Below, one piece after another: positions 1-9,320 of a DNA stretch of 64,000 bases (position 1 is its first letter; every line of letters starts with the position of its first letter). Source of the DNA: a virus; the IMG/VR virus record IMGVR_UViG_3300027833_000001, positions 32,001-96,000 of that record; one strand, written 5' to 3'. A program made the position numbers and the translations under genes. Below the pieces are notes generated by a model that was given only the letters and a program-made list of their open reading frames with translations, had not been told where the DNA came from and did not search any database.

Positions 1-104
1 TAGAACACACCCATAATATGCAGATGGAGATTCCAGAAGGAATCGAAGTCGTTAGAACTTGGGAAGATATATACAACAGCGTAATAGGAATTGATAAATG
101 GTAG
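1..104 (+). CDS. C-terminal end of a HAD-family phosphatase/nucleotidase (T4 30.2-like), partial
   Basis: Frame from nt 3 reads EHTHNMQMEIPEGIEVVRTWEDIYNSVIGIDKW*; the HxHN...VxxWxxI tail resembles phage HAD 5'-nucleotidases. Confidence 0.45.
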   Translation, partial: EHTHNMQMEIPEGIEVVRTWEDIYNSVIGIDKW

Positions 105-343
105 AAGCGTTTAGTCTAGAAGTAAAAGAATTAGTGTTTTTGTGTGTATTCGCAGTCGGTATTACCTGTTCATATATTTCAGGTAGATCATATGGTATGT
201 CCATTGGTGGTACTGTGGGTATGAATCTTATGAAAGAGTTTTTCAAGACTCGCCTTGGTTCAGAAAAAGTTGAAGAACTGTGTGAACAGGGACCATGGAA
301 TTTTGAAAATTGGTTGGTTAAACTACAAAAAGATAAATCATAA
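98..343 (+). CDS. hypothetical membrane protein
   Basis: 81 aa with an N-terminal hydrophobic segment; overlaps the previous stop. Confidence 0.65.
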   Translation: MVEAFSLEVKELVFLCVFAVGITCSYISGRSYGMSIGGTVGMNLMKEFFKTRLGSEKVEELCEQGPWNFENWLVKLQKDKS

Positions 344-1228
344 ATGAAAACACTAGTCGGTAATGATACGTTCGGTAGAAGCAGTTCCGATGGAGCACAG
401 CTAAAAGATCAACCCGAAATTCGTAAATGGTTCCCCTCTGATACAGAAGAGAATTGGGAACACCTGATGTCCAATGAAAAAACGAGACAAATCAGTATCG
501 ACAATGGATGGGTAAAGCGCAATCCAGATGATACCTGGTCAAACGATCCTAAAGAAATCTTATATAGAATCAATAAGCATGGCTTTAGGGCTGACCATTT
601 TATGGCAAATAGACTCCAAGAAAAGTGTGCTATGTTCCTAGGATGCTCTAATATGTTTGGAGTGGGTATATACGAGAAGCACACCATACCTTACCTATTT
701 TCACAGAAACTTGCATCAACTGACATGAAGCAGTTACACTGTATTAACATGGGACAACCTGGTGGATCACTGGATGCGGCTACCAGAGTAGCGATGACAT
801 GGGCACCTATATTTAAACCTAAACTCATTGTATTACTATTACCTCCAGGACTCAGAAGAGAGTATTGGACATCTGCATTGATGAATGAAGATATGGTAGA
901 TAATGGCAACAGATGGATTCAATATGGGATTAACAAAGCCAGTGGTACATCCAGCCCTGCTTGGGGTGAACTTATAGAACAGATTTTTATAACACCACAG
1001 GAAGAGATGGTCAGTACAGCACGTAATATGTGGGCACTCAAAGGATTGGCACTACACCTGGGAGCAAGGTTCCTAGTTGCAGATGGTATGCAAGTACCTA
1101 CAAAATTAAGTAAAGAAACAATATTAAAGGCACGTGATATGAAGCACTATTCTGCCAAATGGCATGAGTGGTTAACCGAGTATTACTTTGATCAATATAT
1201 GAATAACAATACAAGTTATTGCCCGTAA
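344..1228 (+). CDS. SGNH/GDSL-fold hydrolase/acyltransferase-like protein
   Basis: YRINKHGFR, FLGCSNMFGVG (block I), INMGQPGGS (block II), ARDMKHY (DxxH). Confidence 0.65.
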   Translation: MKTLVGNDTFGRSSSDGAQLKDQPEIRKWFPSDTEENWEHLMSNEKTRQISIDNGWVKRNPDDTWSNDPKEILYRINKHGFRADHFMANRLQEKCAMFLGCSNMFGVGIYEKHTIPYLFSQKLASTDMKQLHCINMGQPGGSLDAATRVAMTWAPIFKPKLIVLLLPPGLRREYWTSALMNEDMVDNGNRWIQYGINKASGTSSPAWGELIEQIFITPQEEMVSTARNMWALKGLALHLGARFLVADGMQVPTKLSKETILKARDMKHYSAKWHEWLTEYYFDQYMNNNTSYCP

Positions 1229-1240
1229 CACAGGAAACGA

Positions 1241-1552
1241 ATGGAAAAACTACTCAGAGTGACATTCACCGTCACACTCATGCTTATATTCTTTTGGACA
1301 TGGCCAGCAAGGCTATTCACTGACAAGAGCAACTGTTATTTCTGGACACTAGAACGGCTCATCGTAGAAGGTGGTCGTGCTAAATGGTATAATTCACAGC
1401 GATGGTTTGGACATCATGTGATATGGATAGACAAAGCAGGACAAGGATGGGAGTATACGATACCTAGAATGCGTAGGAATACTCCATGGTGGAAGATGTT
1501 ATACTACGCTGGTACAGTCAGAAAGTTTAAGCAGTCACGCAAAGACCAGTAG
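1241..1552 (+). CDS. hypothetical membrane-anchored protein
   Basis: N-terminal TM segment, Trp-rich; AGGA upstream. Confidence 0.6.
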   Translation: MEKLLRVTFTVTLMLIFFWTWPARLFTDKSNCYFWTLERLIVEGGRAKWYNSQRWFGHHVIWIDKAGQGWEYTIPRMRRNTPWWKMLYYAGTVRKFKQSRKDQ

Positions 1553-1563
1553 TCTTGAACTAG

Positions 1564-1869
1564 ATGGAGTCCACCTCAAGAAAGTGTATAGGAATCTGTA
1601 AGCTAGATGAAATGGATACCTGTATTGGATGTAATCGAACGATAGAAGAGATAACTATGGAAGGTAAGAAAGCTAAAAAAGTACCTACACGACCAGCGAA
1701 AACAAAATTCGCAAGTCTCACCGATTTCAGGAACTGGCTTGAAAAGAACACCAAAGAAAGAGTGGTAAGTTTTGATGGTCTGCACCTGGTAATGAGGCGT
1801 GGAAGAAAGCATATCACATATGGCATGGTCGATTCTGAAGTCATAGAACACGGACAGGAAAAGTTATGA
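1564..1869 (+). CDS. DUF1289-like Cys-rich domain fused to a basic hypothetical domain
   Basis: CIGICKLDEMDTCIGCNRTIEEI matches the DUF1289 Cys pattern. Confidence 0.6.
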   Translation: MESTSRKCIGICKLDEMDTCIGCNRTIEEITMEGKKAKKVPTRPAKTKFASLTDFRNWLEKNTKERVVSFDGLHLVMRRGRKHITYGMVDSEVIEHGQEKL

Positions 1870-2702
1870 GCGAAGTATGGTTTGATGTAGAAGACGATGA
1901 GCCACGCTACTATAAGACGATGGTAGTCAGCGGTGGCTTTGATCCTCTTCATAGTGGACACATAGACTATCTAGAGTCAGCATCAAGTCATGGAGACGAA
2001 TTGGTAGTTCTCCTCAACTCAGACGAATGGCTCATACGGAAGAAGGGCACAGCATTCATGCCATTCGCAGAACGCAAAGCGATCCTAGAAAGCCTCGCTT
2101 GCAACCCTCGCGTATTCGCACATGACGATAGTGACGGTTCAGCAAGGAAAGGGCTAGAGAATCTGGTGAGCGACAAGCGATGGTCAGATATTATCACATT
2201 CTGCAATGGTGGTGACAGGACAGTAGACAATATACCAGAAGGAAACATCGTAGGTATAGAGTATCTGTTCAACGTAGGTGGAGAGAAAACGGAAAGTTCG
2301 TCAGGAATTCTCAGCAAATACCTCAATAATACAGCAAGTCTCGTCACGGTAAAGCGCACCTGGGGTCATTACTCAGTGCTATGGGAAGACGATAGCGTCA
2401 AGGTAAAGGAACTGGTGATCAAGCCCAACAGTGGAATCAGTATGCAACGCCATAGAAAACGCTCAGAGCAGTGGTTTATCAGTAAGGGAACAGCTAAAGT
2501 CAAAATGGGATTGCCCACGAATCCCGAATATCGCCAAACAATAGAACTCAAAGAAGCGCAATTCTTTCAGGTACGAGTAGGCTCATGGCATCAATTATAC
2601 AACGAATCGAGTACAGATGTCCATGTGATAGAGATCCAATACGGTGAGGACACCAGAGAGGATGACATCGAAAGACATTCATTTTACGGAGAAGAGCCAT
2701 GA
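1866..2702 (+). CDS. bifunctional cytidylyltransferase-like / mannose-6-phosphate isomerase-type cupin
   Basis: SGGFDPLHSGH (HxGH), FCNGGDR, then RTWGHY...KVKEL...SMQRHRKRSEQW...WHQL...IEIQYG..EDDIER. Confidence 0.85.
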   Translation: MSEVWFDVEDDEPRYYKTMVVSGGFDPLHSGHIDYLESASSHGDELVVLLNSDEWLIRKKGTAFMPFAERKAILESLACNPRVFAHDDSDGSARKGLENLVSDKRWSDIITFCNGGDRTVDNIPEGNIVGIEYLFNVGGEKTESSSGILSKYLNNTASLVTVKRTWGHYSVLWEDDSVKVKELVIKPNSGISMQRHRKRSEQWFISKGTAKVKMGLPTNPEYRQTIELKEAQFFQVRVGSWHQLYNESSTDVHVIEIQYGEDTREDDIERHSFYGEEP

Positions 2703-2902
2703 ACAGAAGAAGGATGATTCGCAAGCAAAACGAAGAAAAAGAGCAGTGGTATTACATGATGTTCCAAGAGAACTGTAAGGAGAGGGAAGACAATCAAGAA
2801 GATATCTACACCTTCCAAGAGTATCTCACTCGGTGCGCTAGTTTTCTAAACGAGGAATGGGAGGAATATTGTGAAAAGAATAACACGCGGAGACTATCAT
2901 AG
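2699..2902 (+). CDS. hypothetical protein
   Basis: ATGA-coupled 67-aa ORF. Confidence 0.6.
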   Translation: MNRRRMIRKQNEEKEQWYYMMFQENCKEREDNQEDIYTFQEYLTRCASFLNEEWEEYCEKNNTRRLS

Positions 2903-3293
2903 ACACATATGGTGGTTGGAAGAGAACAATAAAGAACTTATATCGTGGGAACAGTATAAGCATATGAAACAAAAAGGACTACCTATGGGTGATGATACAG
3001 ATAAGACAGTAAAGATACTCGCATACAGTATAACATTGATAGTAGTATTCAGTATTCTATTGCTATACTTCATAGTAACAAAAGATAACAACATCCCTGG
3101 ATATATGGGTACACCTATGAGTGAAGACCTTTATAGGGATCATCCTGCTGACCGAGTTAAACCATCTCCGATACCAGTAAGACCATCCACAGAGCAGATG
3201 GACCGTACGTTGGAGAGATGTTTTCGTAGGGGAACTGATAGTTGTATACTTGAATTAGATTCCAGTGCCTCCATGAGAAAGCACCTAGTATAA
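2871..3293 (+). CDS. hypothetical membrane protein
   Basis: Single TM segment ILAYSITLIVVFSILLLYFIV; GGAGG upstream. Confidence 0.55.
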   Translation: MKRITRGDYHRHIWWLEENNKELISWEQYKHMKQKGLPMGDDTDKTVKILAYSITLIVVFSILLLYFIVTKDNNIPGYMGTPMSEDLYRDHPADRVKPSPIPVRPSTEQMDRTLERCFRRGTDSCILELDSSASMRKHLV

Positions 3294-3384
3294 ATGTGAG
3301 CGTCGGCTCCGTTTCCAGAAAGGTCCCGGAGATTTTACCTAGACAGCTACGGGGATCCGAGCATCCATAGCCTCCAAAACAGCT

Positions 3385-3413
3385 AGTATAACACAGGTAG
3401 CGCCAGAAGTCAA
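3385..3413 (-). promoter_or_regulatory. leftward sigma70-type promoter
   Basis: Reverse complement reads TTGACT-N17-TATACT with extended TG; no convincing downstream ORF. Confidence 0.6.
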
Positions 3414-3456
3414 GGGGTCCGTGCAAAATAAACATGAAATAAAGTGAAGAAAAGGG

Positions 3457-3484
3457 TTGACATTCCCTCCTAGCCGTGTATAAT
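3457..3484 (+). promoter_or_regulatory. early sigma70-type promoter
   Basis: TTGACA-N16-TATAAT with an A-rich UP element. Confidence 0.65.
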
Positions 3485-3569
3485 AGGGTGTGTAGCCCTT
3501 AAAGAATAGAACAACACTATATGGTTATACATTGTTTATACTGTTATAACAAATAAGTCTAAAAAAGAC

Positions 3570-3598
3570 TTGACATTCCCTTGGAAGTGTACTATAAT
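3570..3598 (+). promoter_or_regulatory. early sigma70-type promoter
   Basis: TTGACA-N17-TATAAT followed by AGTCTTGTAACAA, shared with the 3980 promoter. Confidence 0.85.
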
Positions 3599-3631
3599 AG
3601 TCTTGTAACAATGAGAGAAGAGAGAGAAATT

Positions 3632-3961
3632 ATGCAAAAAGAACTTGAAATGTTGAAAGAGAAGATCGTCCAAGACTATGCCAACTGGAACGCAAGGACT
3701 CCATATGGTGATGAAGACACCAAGGCTGAGCGAGTCGCAGAGTTTGCCGAGAAGATCCGCATAGAAGAGGGTCGTAAGTATATGAAGGTGATCACTGGTG
3801 GATCTGTCTGGGGTTTCGTAATGAAAGAAGCAGACAAGATGTTCCAACAGGGTGACATCCTTAAAGCCGCTGGTTGGGCTGCTCCTGCGCGAAACAAGCC
3901 ACGTGGAAACGTCTATACAGACTTCACATGGGTAAGATGGACTGGTCCAGAATATCTTTAA
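3632..3961 (+). CDS. conserved phage early hypothetical protein
   Basis: GRKYMKV..SVWGFV..GDILKAAGWAAPARN..RGNV..WTGPEYL; start moved to the ATG after the GAGAGAG leader. Confidence 0.8.
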   Translation: MQKELEMLKEKIVQDYANWNARTPYGDEDTKAERVAEFAEKIRIEEGRKYMKVITGGSVWGFVMKEADKMFQQGDILKAAGWAAPARNKPRGNVYTDFTWVRWTGPEYL

Positions 3962-3979
3962 TTAAATCGTAATAAAGGG

Positions 3980-4008
3980 TTGACAAATGGTCGATCCTTT
4001 GTTATAAT
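3980..4008 (+). promoter_or_regulatory. early sigma70-type promoter
   Basis: TTGACA-N17-TATAAT. Confidence 0.85.
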
Positions 4009-4040
4009 AGTCTTGTAACAAATTGAGAGAGAATCTATTT

Positions 4041-4394
4041 ATGGCATATGTATCACAAGAAATGAAGAAGTCCCTAGCACCTACCATCAAGGCTATCCTA
4101 AAGAAGTATAAGATGAAGGGTAGCATCTCAGTCCAGAATCATAGCACCCTCGTGGTGAATCTTAAAGAAGGTGCCATCGACTTCAAGGCACAAAACACCC
4201 ATTACCAAGTCAATGAGTACCATATAGAGTCTCAGTGGACTGGTGTTGCCAAGACATTTCTATTAGAGTTGTTAGATGCCATGAAGGGTCCAACATACTT
4301 TAACAATGATGACGCTATGACGGACTACTTCCATAGGAGTCACTACACTAGCATTAACGTAGGTAAATGGAACAAGGAGTATGCCCTTGTATAA
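4041..4394 (+). CDS. conserved phage early hypothetical protein
   Basis: MAYVSQEMKKSLAP...DDAMTDYF...INVGKWNK; sits directly behind a promoter. Confidence 0.8.
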   Translation: MAYVSQEMKKSLAPTIKAILKKYKMKGSISVQNHSTLVVNLKEGAIDFKAQNTHYQVNEYHIESQWTGVAKTFLLELLDAMKGPTYFNNDDAMTDYFHRSHYTSINVGKWNKEYALV

Positions 4395-4590
4395 AGTAAA
4401 CAATGAGATCGCACGGATCTTTAACCGTGCAGTAACGTCAGAAGAGAATCAGGATACGAATGGTATCAATTGGAACTTTGTCCAAGCTGATTTCTATATA
4501 GATGCACCACTGCTAGACCTAGAGTTAGACAAAGCGTGGGACTTCCTAGTCTCCCAGTTTAACATGGCACCGCGAGATCGTCTAGGCTAA
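4381..4590 (+). CDS. hypothetical protein
   Basis: 69 aa, INWNFVQAD motif, AAGGAG upstream. Confidence 0.6.
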   Translation: MPLYKVNNEIARIFNRAVTSEENQDTNGINWNFVQADFYIDAPLLDLELDKAWDFLVSQFNMAPRDRLG

Positions 4591-4724
4591 CCAAGCAGGG
4601 TGATCCGGGGTATGGGATTGGATTCCAACCGTATGGTCTTACAGGGGCATATGCATCGACCAGTGTTTTGACTGGTTAATGGTGGAGAAATTTGCCCAGA
4701 ATTTTTTTTGTGGAGAGAGAACCG

Positions 4725-5825
4725 ATGAAGAAGAACAAGGCTTTAGTAAACGTACACGCACTAGGTGATACAAAACAGTTCACCCCTAAAGATGTGGAAA
4801 CGTATAACCAAACGTGGGATACACAGCGAGAACTACGACCCGAGATATTCGGTGATGAGTGCGTTGGTGGTCTTCGATGGAGTACCACTCTACTGATCCC
4901 TATGGATAAGATTAACCCTAGAATTGATACTGTAGATAAGATACAGGGTGCAGTTCGATCAGGGTTAAATCCAGCTTCACTTGCTATCACTGCATCTATT
5001 GTACAGGGTGGATGGGATCTCCGTGAGTTAGCTATATGTGTTCAGAGAGATACTACTGATAGTCCATATGATTTTATTATAAGAGAAGGGTGTACACGAT
5101 ATCTTTCACTTGCTGGACTTGAGTTTAAGAATGTTATATGTGAAGTCTATGATCATGTCAATCCAGCAATTAATCCCGATTACTTCTCCGTCTATATGAA
5201 TTACTATGGGCAGCCACGTGGGAAGCAACAAGCGGCTGATTTACAATTGTTCATATCTTCAGAGATTACCTCGCAAGGTTATGATCTGAAGTCAATGTCG
5301 CATAAAGAGATTATGGATGTTACAGATGGAATCTTCACCCTTCTCAATCAAGACGTTACTCGGAAAGTAAAGAATGAACTTCGATATGATCTGATGACTG
5401 GTGCGGGGATTCGTCCATACGAGACTTTGGATAAGAAAGGATGTGATGCGCGATTAGAACCATTGAATAAAGAGGATGATAATTATGTGTATATATCCAT
5501 GGGATCTGATCCCGACAACCTCAGATTCTTGACTCGATACGTAAGAAATGAGCCAGAGTCTGAGAAGCATAAGATGCTCCGCTTTGTACCTTTTAAAGGA
5601 AAACTCTCTGTCGAGAAGTCTGAGGATGATTACTATGATCTAGCGGATGCTGGCGCAACTATGGTTGCTACGCTTCGCGCTATTGTGAACATTGCAAGTA
5701 GAATAGATGATACGACTGGTATCTTCCCGCAACTACCCTCTTTATGGGATAAGTACGAAAAGGGTAAGTTGATTACGATTGCACCAGATACCAACCTAAA
5801 AGAAATGGTTGACTCTCGTGGTTAA
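4725..5825 (+). CDS. hypothetical protein, possible ParB/Srx-like N-terminal domain
   Basis: Long ORF; IIREGCTR resembles the ParB GxxR motif; GGAGAG leader. Confidence 0.5.
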   Translation: MKKNKALVNVHALGDTKQFTPKDVETYNQTWDTQRELRPEIFGDECVGGLRWSTTLLIPMDKINPRIDTVDKIQGAVRSGLNPASLAITASIVQGGWDLRELAICVQRDTTDSPYDFIIREGCTRYLSLAGLEFKNVICEVYDHVNPAINPDYFSVYMNYYGQPRGKQQAADLQLFISSEITSQGYDLKSMSHKEIMDVTDGIFTLLNQDVTRKVKNELRYDLMTGAGIRPYETLDKKGCDARLEPLNKEDDNYVYISMGSDPDNLRFLTRYVRNEPESEKHKMLRFVPFKGKLSVEKSEDDYYDLADAGATMVATLRAIVNIASRIDDTTGIFPQLPSLWDKYEKGKLITIAPDTNLKEMVDSRG

Positions 5826-5837
5826 GTATGATACGAT
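5809..5837 (+). promoter_or_regulatory. sigma70-type promoter, likely near-leaderless transcript
   Basis: TTGACT-N17-TACGAT with extended TG; ATG at 5845. Confidence 0.45.
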
Positions 5838-5844
5838 ACTGAGT

Positions 5845-6432
5845 ATGACTGCCCATTGGGACTTCGATGAATTTGTAGAGATGTTACCTCAAGAAGGTAA
5901 TCTATTAGAGATTGGAAGTTTCGTGGGTAAGTCCACAGTATGTTGGGCTAAGACTTTTGAGAAGTATCAGAAGAATTGGTCCATTCATACTGTCGATGCT
6001 TTTGCTGGAATTATGTCGCCTGCTTTTTATATGCCACGAAAGGGTGGCGATCTGTACGATATGACACCATCTGAAAAGAAAGGTTTCTTAGAGTTGATGG
6101 AACCATTTAATATGGATTCTAAGAAGCAGATGGCAATGTTCCTAGAGAACATAGAAGGATGGGATAATATCACTTGGGAAAAAAGATGGCTTGGTCATAC
6201 GAAACAATATGTGCCACCAGTAAAACCCACAGCAATGTTCTATGATGGTGATCACGGTTACAGAGGTATGAAAGCATTGTTTGATTCTCTAGGGGATACA
6301 CCATACATCTTTGTTGACGATTGCACACCACAGTTTCCGCAGTCCATTCAAGTGTTAGAAGAATTGAATAGACCTTATAGTATAAACGAATATGGCATAG
6401 GAGTGATCCATGAAGAATTCTTTACCAACTGA
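5845..6432 (+). CDS. class I SAM-dependent methyltransferase (Methyltransf_24-like)
   Basis: LEIGSFVGKST, HTVDAF, FYDGDHGY, FVDD. Confidence 0.8.
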   Translation: MTAHWDFDEFVEMLPQEGNLLEIGSFVGKSTVCWAKTFEKYQKNWSIHTVDAFAGIMSPAFYMPRKGGDLYDMTPSEKKGFLELMEPFNMDSKKQMAMFLENIEGWDNITWEKRWLGHTKQYVPPVKPTAMFYDGDHGYRGMKALFDSLGDTPYIFVDDCTPQFPQSIQVLEELNRPYSINEYGIGVIHEEFFTN

Positions 6433-6925
6433 TTGTATGGCACCCGATGTGGTGTCAATGAAGGAAGAATATATTGAAGAGTTACAATTAAAACTTGTTG
6501 CGGCGCGCCAAGATGTAACTCTTGCTAAGATGGGTGACATCCTGAAGAAACATAATCCCAGTGAACCAGAATTGTTTATTGATTTCTCTTGCCCTGGCAA
6601 ATTAATTGGCGTCTACATTATAGGGCATATGGATGGAAGCATAGCAGATATTGGACAGGGTAGAATCATGAGCCGTGTTTCGTTGAAGCGCCAGTTTCTA
6701 ATGCAGAAGCAACGTAAGCTAGATAAAACAAAAGACTATCGAGTAGCGGAACAGATTGTCAATTACGACCCTGACCCAGAACAGTGGTGGGTACAGTACA
6801 TTCCATTCTATGGTCTTACTGCTAAAGATGAAGCAAGAGCATATGAAGAGAGAATTCACCAGAGATATATTGTAGAAGATAACGCACCAATGTTTGCGTC
6901 ACTACATATGGTAGGTGTTGGATGA
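6410..6925 (+). CDS. hypothetical protein, possible degenerate GIY-YIG nuclease
   Basis: GVYII...DIGQG...R and later ARAYEERI. Confidence 0.4.
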   Translation: MKNSLPTDCMAPDVVSMKEEYIEELQLKLVAARQDVTLAKMGDILKKHNPSEPELFIDFSCPGKLIGVYIIGHMDGSIADIGQGRIMSRVSLKRQFLMQKQRKLDKTKDYRVAEQIVNYDPDPEQWWVQYIPFYGLTAKDEARAYEERIHQRYIVEDNAPMFASLHMVGVG

Positions 6926-6996
6926 TATCAGCTAAAGTAATGAGACAGTTAGGTGCTACCCATGCAGGTCACCTATCATTTAAGAGGAGAGAGAAT

Positions 6997-8118
6997 ATGA
7001 TATTTAAATTACCCACGTTATACAAGAGAGATTCAAAAGGCAAGATACGTGAATTAACAATTGAGTGGCAATCCGACGAGCCTGCTACTAGGTCCATTGC
7101 TGGAATAAAAGATGGCAAACTTGTTATGTCTGGTTGGAATAAATCAGAAGCAAAGAATGAGGGTAGAGCCAATGCAACTACCGCTGTCGAACAAGCAGAG
7201 AAAGAAGCTAAGGCTGATTGGGATAAGAAAGTTGAGAAAGAGTACTTTGAAGATATTACTCAAATTGATTCCTATGATAAGTTCAAACCACAACTAGCAA
7301 ATGACTATACAAAGAAGCCACAGTCTAGTGGCATTAGTCAACCTAAGTTAGATGGTATCAGATGTATTGCGAGAAAAGATGGACTCTATACAAGACAGGG
7401 TAAAGACATTACCACTTGTGATCATATCTTCAATGCACTGAAGCCTTTCTTTGAGTTACACCCAGATGCAATTCTAGATGGTGAATTATACAATCACGAA
7501 CTAAAAGATGACTTCAACAAAATTACAAGTCTAGTTCGTAAAGTAAAACCTACAAAGGGTGAGGAGCTTGAATGTGCTTTACTTGTTGAGTATCATGTAT
7601 ATGATATGTCTGGCACTTCACTGTATTGGAAAGAACTGGCATTCTGGGATAGAATCACAATCATCAAAGCGATGGCATGGGGCTTAGTTTGGAAGCACCC
7701 TGTTGTAGTTGTTGATACTCAAAAATGTGACAACCAAGAAGAACTTGATGCTTTGTATTCTAAGTACACCGAACAAGGTTACGAAGGACAAATGGTCCGT
7801 AATGATTCTTTATATGAAAACAAAAGAAGTCACAACCTTCTCAAGCGAAAAGAGTTTATTACTGAAGAGTTCGATGTAGTAGAAGTATTAGAAGGATCTG
7901 GAAACTGGGCAGGATATGCCAAACACTTTCAACTAGAGTTGGGTGATGGTAGAACTTTCCATAGTGGTGTTAGAGGCAACCAAGCAATCTTAAAGGAATT
8001 GCTCAATCAGCCTGTCAAACCAAATTGGGTTACTGTTAGATACTTTGAGAAAACTCCTGATGGAGTTCCAAGGTTCCCTGTCGTTATAGATTGGGGAACT
8101 GGTAACAGAGTAGACTAA
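6997..8118 (+). CDS. gp30: ATP-dependent DNA ligase
   Basis: QPKLDGIRC (motif I), LDGELY, YHVYD, EGQMVR, LLKRK, PRFP. Confidence 0.95.
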   Translation: MIFKLPTLYKRDSKGKIRELTIEWQSDEPATRSIAGIKDGKLVMSGWNKSEAKNEGRANATTAVEQAEKEAKADWDKKVEKEYFEDITQIDSYDKFKPQLANDYTKKPQSSGISQPKLDGIRCIARKDGLYTRQGKDITTCDHIFNALKPFFELHPDAILDGELYNHELKDDFNKITSLVRKVKPTKGEELECALLVEYHVYDMSGTSLYWKELAFWDRITIIKAMAWGLVWKHPVVVVDTQKCDNQEELDALYSKYTEQGYEGQMVRNDSLYENKRSHNLLKRKEFITEEFDVVEVLEGSGNWAGYAKHFQLELGDGRTFHSGVRGNQAILKELLNQPVKPNWVTVRYFEKTPDGVPRFPVVIDWGTGNRVD

Positions 8119-8145
8119 ATAATACCACATAGCAAGGAGAATACA

Positions 8146-8478
8146 ATGAAGCAAACAACACTAAAAGAACTAGGTGAAGTTGTTAAGAACAATCGTACCT
8201 ATGTCGTTAAAGATGATGAGTCTATGGAGACTATGGTCGTAAGCACCACCAGACTCTTCCCTGGCAAAGAGACAACTGGGCATAAACATGATGACCAAGA
8301 AGAGGTGTACGTCTTTGTAGAGGGTTCTGGTAAGATAATTATAGATGATGTCGAACATGATGTCCGGATGGGCAATGTTGTGATGATCGCTAAGGGTGAA
8401 CACCACAAGGTAATCAACGACTCCGACAACGATGAGATGTTCTTTTTCTGTGTTTTCCCTGGTAAGCGAGAAAATTAA
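8146..8478 (+). CDS. cupin domain protein
   Basis: GHKHDDQEEVYVFVEGSG...GEHHKV; ACTAAATA late-like box and AAGGAG upstream. Confidence 0.85.
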   Translation: MKQTTLKELGEVVKNNRTYVVKDDESMETMVVSTTRLFPGKETTGHKHDDQEEVYVFVEGSGKIIIDDVEHDVRMGNVVMIAKGEHHKVINDSDNDEMFFFCVFPGKREN

Positions 8479-8504
8479 TTTAATTTATTTTTAAAGTCGT
8501 TTAA

Positions 8505-8561
8505 TATCAGTAACTTACAGACGTAAATAAACTTGACATTTGGTCTGATATATCGTATAAT
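8505..8561 (+). promoter_or_regulatory. early promoter with upstream IHF-like box
   Basis: TATCAGTAACTTA (8505-8517), then TTGACA(8533)-N17-TATAAT(8556). Confidence 0.8.
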
Positions 8562-8595
8562 ATGTATATATTGAATGATTGAGAGAGGATATAAT

Positions 8596-8859
8596 ATGAG
8601 TTCATTTGTTGAAGAGTCTGTTGTTTGGTGCATTGAGATACCATCTATCACTGAGTATACTGGTGGAATTCCTGCTGGTTATGATCTCGTTGAGTACGAA
8701 GCTGGTACTGACCCATATCAAGAAGGAATGGTGTTGTACGGTTTTGATGAAGTTGGTATGTTTGAGTTCAACTGTCCCCAACACGCCTTTGTAAACGGTA
8801 CTTTGGCTGAACTAGTTCTTGACCGCAGTAAGCCTGCTAAGATTGTAAAAGTTCAATGA
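8596..8859 (+). CDS. hypothetical early protein
   Basis: Follows the promoter and a GAGAGAGG RBS. Confidence 0.7.
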   Translation: MSSFVEESVVWCIEIPSITEYTGGIPAGYDLVEYEAGTDPYQEGMVLYGFDEVGMFEFNCPQHAFVNGTLAELVLDRSKPAKIVKVQ

Positions 8860-9320
8860 AACTTTCCTCTCGAGGAGGTACAAAGTTTCAACGCCATGTG
8901 GTCGATGTTGCTGGTGTCTTTATGTGCAAGCAACTCGGTCTCACTCGCTACCCTTCATTGGAAGTTGTAGTGAAGATAAAGAAAGTCGATGACGGCTTTA
9001 ACGGATATTGTTATCCGACTGAATACGGTGATATCATTAGTAAGCCTAGAGATATCACAGTCGAGGTATCCAAATCTTTGGACCTCTATAGTTTCATTAG
9101 AACCATCTGTCACGAATTTGTCCACGTGAAGCAGTATGTGAAGGGCGAGATTCGGGAAGATTTAATAAACGGTTCTTCTATGTGGAAGAAAGGTCGAGTG
9201 CCACAAGGAACTCCTTACTTGGAGCAACCTTGGGAGAAAGAAGCATTTAGACTTGAGAATCAATATGCATTGGATGTTATTATCAATGTAGAAATCGCAA
9301 TGAATGGAGAAACATTATGA
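8856..9320 (+). CDS. zincin-like metallopeptidase
   Basis: TICHEFVHVKQ (HExxH) and QPWEKEA. Confidence 0.8.
   Translation: MKLSSRGGTKFQRHVVDVAGVFMCKQLGLTRYPSLEVVVKIKKVDDGFNGYCYPTEYGDIISKPRDITVEVSKSLDLYSFIRTICHEFVHVKQYVKGEIREDLINGSSMWKKGRVPQGTPYLEQPWEKEAFRLENQYALDVIINVEIAMNGETL

Noticed and set aside
3157-3435. 92-aa minus ORF and nested MDARIPVAV mini-ORF
   Set aside because: The long ORF runs through the promoter itself; the mini-ORF has GGAGG only 2 nt from its ATG.
4606-4618. 13-mer CGGGGTATGGGAT shared with the tmRNA 3' region (40892-40904)
   Set aside because: Exact 13-mers are expected by chance in 64 kb and flanking similarity is weak.
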